Shown: positions 19,278 to 25,897 of the stretch, one piece after another
How positions within the stretch are numbered: position 1 is the first letter of the stretch
Layout: each line of letters opens with the position of its first letter
Origin: a bacterium
GTDB taxonomy: Bacteria > Patescibacteriota > Minisyncoccia > UBA6257 > JAGOQP01
Length of the DNA stretch: 62,593 bases
Direction: 5' to 3'
Assembly: GCA_021780615.1 (NCBI GenBank)
Contig: JAJXYJ010000006.1
Coordinates: forward strand, 1 to 62,593
Made by a program: the position numbers and the translations under genes
The notes under the pieces: generated by a model
What the model was told of the DNA's origin: nothing
The model's database searches: none
The model's input: only the letters and a program-made list of their open reading frames with translations

Positions 19278-19305
19278 AAATTAAAACCCGCATATAAGCG
19301 GGCTT
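19277..19305 (-). terminator. intrinsic terminator after tRNA-Ser
   Basis: Minus strand AAGCCCGC-TTATAT-GCGGGTTTTAATTTT, immediately 3' of the tRNA. Confidence 0.7.
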
Positions 19306-19312
19306 AATTTTG

Positions 19313-19397
19313 CGGAGAGGGCGGGATTTGAACCCGCGATACCTTGCGGTATACCCACTTTCCAGGCGGGCGCACTAGACCACTATGCGACCTCTCC
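19313..19397 (-). tRNA. tRNA-Ser (anticodon GGA), class II with long variable arm
   Basis: Folds by hand: GGAGAGG/CCTCTCC acceptor, GCA..TGC D stem with GG, CCCGC-CTGGAAA-GTGGG anticodon arm, ATACC-GCAA-GGTAT variable arm, GCGGG-TTCAAAT-CCCGC T arm, discriminator G. No encoded CCA. Confidence 0.9.
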
Positions 19398-19655
19398 ATA
19401 TATCTCGTTTAGTGCGTGTTTCAATTTTCCTTTCAGAACTTCACGCCCATGACCAGTTTTAAAATATTTTTCTGCCTCCTGAGCATCTTTCTTGTTACTA
19501 TAAGCTTCATAAAATATCAAATCAAACGTTCCATTTTTTGATGTAAAGTCCGAATGGCCAGCTTGATGCTCTTCAATCCTGCGTTTAAGATTGTTGGTAA
19601 ATCCCTTGTATAATTTTCCATTTTGCTTAAAGCGCAAAACGTAGAAGTAATACAT
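19383..19655 (-). CDS. GIY-YIG nuclease family protein (small COG2827/UPF0213-like)
   Basis: MYYFYVLRFKQNGKLYKGFTNNLKRRIEEHQAG...FYEAYSNKKDAQEAEKYFK fits the GIY-YIG...R...H...E pattern. The last 4 codons and the stop lie inside tRNA-Ser nt 1-15. Confidence 0.85.
   Translation of the reverse strand: MYYFYVLRFKQNGKLYKGFTNNLKRRIEEHQAGHSDFTSKNGTFDLIFYEAYSNKKDAQEAEKYFKTGHGREVLKGKLKHALNEIYGEVA
19385..19412. repeat. 28-bp direct repeat, proximal copy (tRNA-Ser nt 1-13 plus 15 nt of leader)
   Basis: ATGCGACCTCTCCATATATCTCGTTTAG is identical to 19705-19732. Confidence 0.95.
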
Positions 19656-19704
19656 TTCTTATTGACCACTTCCGCCTCACCGGCGGATGCGCCGACGAGG
19701 CGCA

Positions 19705-19732
19705 ATGCGACCTCTCCATATATCTCGTTTAG
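19705..19732. repeat. 28-bp direct repeat, distal copy, bracketed by twin TGCGCC-GAYGA-GGCGCA hairpins (19688-19704, 19737-19753)
   Basis: Exact copy of 19385-19412. The two copies flank the GIY-YIG gene. Confidence 0.95.
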
Positions 19733-19927
19733 CGTGTGCGCCGATGAGGCGCAACGTGTAGAGCATAGCAAAGCGATATGCGCTATGCAAGAAAATACTT
19801 CGTAACAAAACAATGTGCGTATATGTATTAAAAGGTATAGGTTTTAATATTCGCTTTGCTTTGGATATGCATAAAAGGTCGATCCAATGATGCAATCATT
19901 ATAAAAAATAATTACGTGTACTACTAT

Positions 19928-20143
19928 ATGAAAAAAATGACATGTTCCCAGATGGGCGGTCCTGCCGCGTGCAATACCATACTCACCGGCAATACGCCCG
20001 AAGAAATAGTACAACACGGCATGAAACACATTGAACAGGCCCATCCTGATATGGCAGAAAATATAAAGGCAATGTCAAAAGAGGAAACTGAAAAATGGAT
20101 GGAGGAATTTAAAAATAAATGGGATGCCACCCCCGACATATAG
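19928..20143 (+). CDS. DUF1059 family small protein
   Basis: 71 aa, MKKMTCSQMGGPAACNTILTGNTPEEIVQHGMKHIEQAHPDMAENIK, typical of DUF1059. Confidence 0.7.
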   Translation: MKKMTCSQMGGPAACNTILTGNTPEEIVQHGMKHIEQAHPDMAENIKAMSKEETEKWMEEFKNKWDATPDI

Positions 20144-20197
20144 CAGATTATTCATTGCATATTTTTTACATCTCTTTTCCTGTATACTGTTTCTTAT

Positions 20198-20836
20198 ATG
20201 ACTATTACCAAATTTGGGCAATGCTGCATGCTCATTGAAGAAAATGGCCTGCGTATTCTTACCGATCCAGGCATGTTTTCGACGCAGCAAGATACCATTA
20301 CTCATGTTGATGTTATCCTCATCACCCATGAACACGGTGATCATTTTCACGTGCCTTCGGTGAAGGCCGTGCTTGCCAACAACCCGGAGGCAAAAATCAT
20401 CACCAATACTGCTGTAGGAAAATTACTTGCAAAGGAGGGTATGACGTCATACACGCTTGTCGAGCAGGGCGATCATATTGAAGAAAAAGGAGTTTCTATT
20501 GAAGGGTTTGGCAATGAGCATGCGGTTATATACAAAACACTTCCCATTGCCCAAAACACCGGTTACTTTATAGCCAACCGTTTGTTTTATCCTGGAGATG
20601 CGCTTACCAATCCCGGTAAACAAGTGGAGATATTAGCGTTGCCGGTTGCAGGGCCGTGGCTAAAAACATCAGAAGCAATTGATTATGCTTTGGAGATTAA
20701 TCCAAAAGTATGCTTTCCGGTGCACGATGCGGTGCTCTCTCATCCTGATATAGGTATTTTTGCTCCCCGCATGATACTGCCTTCCAAGGGCATTGCGTTA
20801 AGGGTTTTGGAAATCGGTAAGGAAGAAGAATTTTAA
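20198..20836 (+). CDS. MBL-fold metallo-hydrolase
   Basis: VILITHEHGDHFH (HxHxDH motif) in a 212-aa ORF, followed by a strong terminator. Confidence 0.85.
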   Translation: MTITKFGQCCMLIEENGLRILTDPGMFSTQQDTITHVDVILITHEHGDHFHVPSVKAVLANNPEAKIITNTAVGKLLAKEGMTSYTLVEQGDHIEEKGVSIEGFGNEHAVIYKTLPIAQNTGYFIANRLFYPGDALTNPGKQVEILALPVAGPWLKTSEAIDYALEINPKVCFPVHDAVLSHPDIGIFAPRMILPSKGIALRVLEIGKEEEF

Positions 20837-20840
20837 AAAT

Positions 20841-20868
20841 CTCCCTCTGATATAGAGGGAGTTTTTTT
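20841..20868 (+). terminator. intrinsic terminator of the MBL gene
   Basis: CTCCCTCT-GATAT-AGAGGGAG followed by T7. Confidence 0.85.
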
Positions 20869-20869
20869 A

Positions 20870-20902
20870 TGTTCTTTCGATGTCGGGAATCGAAAGATGT
20901 TT
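20870..20902. repeat. 33-bp inverted repeat, left copy
   Basis: TGTTCTTTCGATGTCGGGAATCGAAAGATGTTT equals the reverse complement of 25863-25895 at 32 of 33 positions. Contains an internal TTTCGAT-n7-ATCGAAA palindrome. Confidence 0.95.
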
Positions 20903-22295
20903 ATTTCCAAAAAAATGGTGCTATACGAAGTTTTTCGGGAAGTCTGTTGAGGCCGGGTATGTATGGAAATGCCACCAACAGAAGCATCAGAAATCCAAGT
21001 ATTTCGGCGCCATCACGATCTTGATTAGGATCAGTTGCCAACAATGTATGATCCAAAAGCCCAATGGGTGCCAACCACCATGCACCCGGTAATCCCCCGC
21101 TTTCTTCGCGCACCATGCCATACTGATCAGTGGTTATGCCCAAGCGTTGCGCATGGGCTTCGAGAACGCCGGTATCAGAAAGAAATCGATCAACATATGT
21201 GGCATTCAGCGCGTTTGTTTGATTGCTTTGCAGACTGGTTTGATACAGACCGCTTTGCGCCATGTGTACCAATGTGCTGATGACTGCAATGACGGGATTA
21301 GCGGTATCCGCATTATTGAGCACTGCATGTTGTTGTGAAAAATAACCCATTGCATCTTGTATTTGTTGTTGCTGCACGGCGGCGGGCTCTTGAGTCCATA
21401 CCGCAAACATGTCCTGTCCCTCGATTGTTTGCATGTATTGCCTGTATGGATGGGCGATGTATATCGTTTGCGTATCGTAGGCATAGGGATCGATACCATC
21501 CATATAGGTAGCGGTACCCGATGTATGATTCATTTCTTGAAGCAATGTTTGTGCTACCAGTGAGGGACTGTCTTGAGCAACACTTTGGATGGTGGTGGCG
21601 ATAATGAGCGGCGATGGAAAAAGAAATGCCAATAAAATAATAACACCTGTTATAATTCCTCCGCGAACAAAAAGAATGCGGTGCTTTGCGGGAACCATTT
21701 GATATGAGGTGCTTTTTTGATACGGGCGGGCAATTCCCAGCGTACGGACTAGTATATAGTGCAGTGCAAGAAGTCCCACAATAATGAATGGAATAAGAAT
21801 AATGTGAATGCCGTATATTTGGGCATAGTTAAGATTATTGATGAATGCGCCCAGTCCGCTACCGTTGTATAAATCCGATGCCTGTAAGGCGCGCCATTGC
21901 GATGAAAAATCGCCGCGCAATCCATATCCGAATTCCGCCTCAAAAAATGCCGCAAAAAGCATGAGCGTGCCGATGACCCACGTGCGCCGTCGCGGTTTTC
22001 GAAAGCCCGATGTTAAAAATACAATAAGAAGATGCAGGAAAATGAAAAATATAAACGCCTGTGCTGACCACAAATGTACGCTTCTCAAGAACAACCCCGC
22101 CTGCGTGGTAAGCCACCAATGGGGACCAAAAAATACCATGACCAATCCGGAAAGTATTAAAAGCAATAGCGACGTCATGGAAAGAAATCCCATGGAATAA
22201 AATATCTTATTCGCGTATGCGGGAACTTCTTGCAACATAAATCCTCGCAAAGTCCCCCACAGAGAAACTGGTTGTAATGGTGTTTGTTCTTCCAT
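20901..22295 (-). CDS. cytochrome b/b6 N-terminal-domain protein fused to a ~250-aa C-terminal extension
   Basis: RSVH-x13-H...SGFRKPRRRTWVIG (helix B and the PR..W..G motif) and H-x14-H (GIHIILIPFIIVGLLALHY, helix D). All four bis-haem histidine ligands are in b6-type spacing. Confidence 0.8.
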   Translation of the reverse strand: MEEQTPLQPVSLWGTLRGFMLQEVPAYANKIFYSMGFLSMTSLLLLILSGLVMVFFGPHWWLTTQAGLFLRSVHLWSAQAFIFFIFLHLLIVFLTSGFRKPRRRTWVIGTLMLFAAFFEAEFGYGLRGDFSSQWRALQASDLYNGSGLGAFINNLNYAQIYGIHIILIPFIIVGLLALHYILVRTLGIARPYQKSTSYQMVPAKHRILFVRGGIITGVIILLAFLFPSPLIIATTIQSVAQDSPSLVAQTLLQEMNHTSGTATYMDGIDPYAYDTQTIYIAHPYRQYMQTIEGQDMFAVWTQEPAAVQQQQIQDAMGYFSQQHAVLNNADTANPVIAVISTLVHMAQSGLYQTSLQSNQTNALNATYVDRFLSDTGVLEAHAQRLGITTDQYGMVREESGGLPGAWWLAPIGLLDHTLLATDPNQDRDGAEILGFLMLLLVAFPYIPGLNRLPEKLRIAPFFWK

Positions 22296-22351
22296 ATATG
22301 TATCTGCATGTACGGCACGCGGTGTCGTACATAGTGCGCGCTTATAAAAAA

Positions 22352-22642
22352 TTAGATTTGGAATCCAAATGCGTTTTTATTCTCATCGTCGGAGCTGACA
22401 TTAATAACCCCGTTTGTTTTTTCATAATTGGTAAGGTTTTCTTGCATGGCAGCAAGCATCCGCTTGAAGTGAGCGGGTGTGACGATGATGCGTGACACGA
22501 GCGTCGGTGCAGGTTGTTGTGTGAAAATAAAATCTAATACGAATTCATCGGGAGTGTGGCTCGCCATCAATGCATTGGCATAATGCCCTTGCAGGGTTTT
22601 GTCATCGGCCTTGATTTGTACTTGCTGTTGATTTTGTGACAT
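22352..22642 (-). CDS. DUF3467 family protein
   Basis: GHYANALMASHTPDEFVLDFIF...VSRIIVTPAHFKRMLAAMQENL matches the DUF3467 pattern. Confidence 0.75.
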   Translation of the reverse strand: MSQNQQQVQIKADDKTLQGHYANALMASHTPDEFVLDFIFTQQPAPTLVSRIIVTPAHFKRMLAAMQENLTNYEKTNGVINVSSDDENKNAFGFQI

Positions 22643-22711
22643 CTGTTAAGTATAGCGCATTATGCGTTGCATGCTAAGTAACAATAATTATATATAACTA
22701 TTTTAAACAAT

Positions 22712-22858
22712 TTAATCACTTATTTGATGATAATATATCTTTTGGTTATTGTGGATGAAGTTATCCACATATAAAAACGCCCTGATAGATAACCTATCAG
22801 GGCACCGATGGCACCCATCTTTGCAGTGTGCCACAGCGGGAATCATCCACTGTTTCAT
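22712..22858 (-). CDS. possible 48-codon Cys/His-rich leader-like small ORF
   Basis: Perfect SD AAAGGAGGTGA 8 nt before the ATG at 22858. Peptide MKQWMIPAVAHCKDGCHRCPDR... A canonical terminator hairpin lies inside the ORF (codons ~19-28). Confidence 0.3.
   Translation of the reverse strand: MKQWMIPAVAHCKDGCHRCPDRLSIRAFLYVDNFIHNNQKIYYHQISD
22772..22803 (-). terminator. intrinsic terminator or attenuator hairpin
   Basis: Minus strand GCCCTGATAG-GTTAT-CTATCAGGGC followed by GTTTTTAT. Confidence 0.7.
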
Positions 22859-22971
22859 AAATCTCACCTCCTTTATTTGTGTTCTATGGTTAAGCATAGC
22901 ACACCTGTCAAGGGCTGCGGTTACAATAAAGCCCATGATTGCCGAAGCAAACCATGGGCTTAGAAAACTAT

Positions 22972-24630
22972 CTAACAAGAGCGTTTCCTGCGCTCTACTC
23001 TCCTTTTATGAAGAGTATGAGCGAGGTCATTTAAAATGGTCCAATAATCAAAGAGGTTGCCCTTTGATATTTCCCCTCTTTTTATATCGACTATTTTAAT
23101 AAGGAGTCGAGCATGCATACGAGCCCAACAAATTTGATATCCGTTGTTTTTATACTGAATCCCATCAATAGTTTCCCATAATTTTATGATTTGATAGGTA
23201 AAGTAGATTTCTCTACTTTCTTGTGAAGCCGAATCATATCCATATTGAATATGGTCACACATACGACCATAATCAGTCTCTTTCCAATAAACCCACAAAT
23301 CATCCACAATCGTGGCTTCCTCCATTTCCATATACTCAATGGATAATGGGTCAGGCAATATAACATTCCAAAATATATCTGGAATATCCTTTAGTAGAGA
23401 TTCTTTAGGCTCTACCTTTTTTTCTTCCGGTGTTTTTTTGGGTAATAAAGGAACGGGCTCCAGAACAACAATGTTTTTTTCTTCAATTTTTTGTTCTTGA
23501 GTTTGAATGGGTTTTGTATCTACTACTATAAACCCTTTGGTTTCTGGAATATAATACCCATCAAATAAGAGTTCCTTTCCAGGGACAAAGTCATATTCAG
23601 GCTGTGTCGACTTCCTATCTTGAATGTTTTTATTTTTTCTGTGAAAAGCGGGTATGAGTAGTAACAGTAATAACCACGGTATGGGGATTAGTGTTATGTT
23701 GTTATTTTTTCCAGCCAAATCAAATGTAATAGTTACCGATCTCTTTGAACCGACAATCCTATCAAATATGACTTTGGCGCTTTTGCCCATGGCACCGTTG
23801 TTATATGCAATAACGGCGTGCCATACGCGCTCTGTAATGGAATGACCTATATACCCTTGCATTGAAGCAACGGAATCCAAGACTTTCCACTCAGGAATGC
23901 TCAATTGAAGCTCCTCAACCGATATCCATGTTCCCCATTCTTTTGAATGCGCATTGAGCGTATCGGCCATTTGAGTAAATCCATCACTTGCAAGAAACGA
24001 GGCGGTATATCCTAGACATGCGTGCGCACGTCTATCAGCAAGAGCCAAATTTTGAATATCTATCGCACCGTTTTCAAGAGTCATAAATCCTTTTAATTGT
24101 GGGCCTTCTGGGGAAGCAAATCCTTCTGCATGAAAGTTTATGATTTCAAAATGGTGTATCCTAGAATCAATAGGATGGTTAAGGCGATACACTTCTTTAT
24201 TCATCTCAAAACCTTGTAAAGCATTTTTAAGTTGCTTTTGAAGTTCGTTTGAAATAAATTTGGAAGCTTTGGGATAATCTTCAATGCGCAGTGCTTGATC
24301 TGAATTTTTATCTTGATCAAACAGTCGTGCATATTCAAATGGAATAGAAATTGTTATACGAATAGATTCTTCTGCTATCCGTGGAAATTCAATTTGAATA
24401 GGGCACAATAAACTCCATCCATTAAATACCTTATAGCCATCTTTGTTGAGCTTCATAAAACTCAAACGGATATCCGGCCAACGCCAATTTGTTTGAGTTG
24501 ATTCATTCTTAGAACCAACAAATGGAATCACATCCTGTGATGAGATTTTTGTTTGGCAAAAAATCGTGGAAGAAATAACAAGCACAAATAACAGAACTAA
24601 TAACAGAACTAAGGTGGTGAAATTTTTCAC
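22972..24630 (-). CDS. orphan 552-aa bitopic membrane protein (signal peptide, exo-domain, TM, cytoplasmic domain)
   Basis: GTG start with SD AAGGAG 7 nt upstream. N-terminal LVLLLVLLFVLVISS, central TM IPWLLLLLLIPAF. Weak OmpA-like string AEGFASPEG...NLALADRRAHACLGY. AT-rich. Confidence 0.65.
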   Translation of the reverse strand: MKNFTTLVLLLVLLFVLVISSTIFCQTKISSQDVIPFVGSKNESTQTNWRWPDIRLSFMKLNKDGYKVFNGWSLLCPIQIEFPRIAEESIRITISIPFEYARLFDQDKNSDQALRIEDYPKASKFISNELQKQLKNALQGFEMNKEVYRLNHPIDSRIHHFEIINFHAEGFASPEGPQLKGFMTLENGAIDIQNLALADRRAHACLGYTASFLASDGFTQMADTLNAHSKEWGTWISVEELQLSIPEWKVLDSVASMQGYIGHSITERVWHAVIAYNNGAMGKSAKVIFDRIVGSKRSVTITFDLAGKNNNITLIPIPWLLLLLLIPAFHRKNKNIQDRKSTQPEYDFVPGKELLFDGYYIPETKGFIVVDTKPIQTQEQKIEEKNIVVLEPVPLLPKKTPEEKKVEPKESLLKDIPDIFWNVILPDPLSIEYMEMEEATIVDDLWVYWKETDYGRMCDHIQYGYDSASQESREIYFTYQIIKLWETIDGIQYKNNGYQICWARMHARLLIKIVDIKRGEISKGNLFDYWTILNDLAHTLHKRRVERRKRSC

Positions 24631-24767
24631 GACTAACTCCTTTTATTTTTTGATTTATATATTTTTTCAATGTTCAGTGACTATATTATAGCATAATTAT
24701 ATATTTTTGTAAATATAACAAAAGCCACGTATTATGCGGCTTTTATTATATAACGCTTATGTATATC

Positions 24768-25868
24768 TTACTCTCCAGTCCCCACTGCATCAGCAACCGA
24801 TGCAAAGCCGTCTTTTTTGAGCAACGTCGCAAGTCCTTTGTCTATCTCTTTTACAATCCCCGGTCCTTCATAAATCATACCTGTTATCAATTCAATTAAC
24901 GATGCACCAGCACGGATTTTTTCATATGCATCTTGAGCTGAAAATATGCCCCCAACACCAATAATGGGATATGTTCCTTTGGTCAGTGTGTAGACTTTTT
25001 TAATGAGTGATGTGGAAAGATCTTTTATGGGTTTTCCCGAGATGCCTCCGGCATACTGCTCTATGGTGGATATTGATGTATGAGAAAGCAATCCTCTGTT
25101 TTGAGAAAGATTTGAAATAATAAATCCTTTCACGCATGGATATTTTTTTACCAACGATAATATTTCATCCAACATTGCATCGGTGATGTCGGGCTTTAAT
25201 TTGAACACGATTGGTTTTTTATATGAAGACGCATCATATGTCTCCTGAAGGGCATCAAGAAAATTTTTTAAAAGTCCCATATCTTCACACAGCAATACGC
25301 CATCGCCGGTGTTGGGGCAGCTGATATTAATATTAATAATATCCGCCAGAGGTTCCATTTTTTTGTATGAATACACATAATCTTCAATGGTTCCCATTCC
25401 TTTAATTGCAGGATTGTTTGTTTTGGCAATGTTTACAATGAGTGGAATGGAAGGTTTATTTTTTTGTAAACGTGCATAGATTATATCTACACCTTCATTT
25501 TTAAGGCCGTAGTTAATGATGAGTGATTGATCTTTTTTGAGTCGTACACTCCAAGGGCGAACATTCCCATTGTAGGCGTGGCGTGTGACCGATCCCACTT
25601 CCATAAAGCCAAATCCTATTGCGGGAATAATGTGCGTTAAACGAGCATTCTTATCAAATCCCCCGGCAAGCCCCACGGGGTTTTTAAAATGAATGCCAAA
25701 TACATCCGTTTCCAGTACAGAATCTTCGTGTACAAATGATGCCGTGAGCGCGGCGCGAGCAGGATAAAATTTTCCCAATGTCTGCCCTACACGGCTTATT
25801 ATAGCGTGCGCATGGTCAGGATGTGTCAAAAATAATACCGGTTTTGCGATTTTTTTGTATAAAAACAT
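24768..25868 (-). CDS. pyrD: dihydroorotate dehydrogenase, family-2-like scaffold
   Basis: N-terminal extension MFLYKKIAKPVLFLTHPDHAH (like class 2), FKNPVGLAGGFDKN, GFGFMEVGSVT, NISCPNTGD. Start at the ATG at 25868. Confidence 0.88.
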   Translation of the reverse strand: MFLYKKIAKPVLFLTHPDHAHAIISRVGQTLGKFYPARAALTASFVHEDSVLETDVFGIHFKNPVGLAGGFDKNARLTHIIPAIGFGFMEVGSVTRHAYNGNVRPWSVRLKKDQSLIINYGLKNEGVDIIYARLQKNKPSIPLIVNIAKTNNPAIKGMGTIEDYVYSYKKMEPLADIININISCPNTGDGVLLCEDMGLLKNFLDALQETYDASSYKKPIVFKLKPDITDAMLDEILSLVKKYPCVKGFIISNLSQNRGLLSHTSISTIEQYAGGISGKPIKDLSTSLIKKVYTLTKGTYPIIGVGGIFSAQDAYEKIRAGASLIELITGMIYEGPGIVKEIDKGLATLLKKDGFASVADAVGTGE

Positions 25869-25895
25869 ATTTCGATTCCCGACATCGAAAGAACA
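25863..25895. repeat. 33-bp inverted repeat, right copy (htpX-pyrD spacer plus the first pyrD codons)
   Basis: Reverse complement matches 20870-20902 at 32 of 33 positions. Confidence 0.95.
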
Positions 25896-25897
25896 CA

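Noticed and set aside
19009-19284. 91-aa plus-strand ORF with a TTG start
   Set aside because: It reads straight through the tRNA-derived repeat elements E1 and E2 and their hairpins, so it is an artefact of repeat sequence.
22750-22769. Perfect DnaA box TTATCCACA with an inverted near-copy (TGTGGATGA), as a possible oriC
   Set aside because: There is only one box pair, no AT-rich unwinding element, and no dnaA or dnaN nearby. The pair lies within a terminator or leader region, so it is most likely chance.
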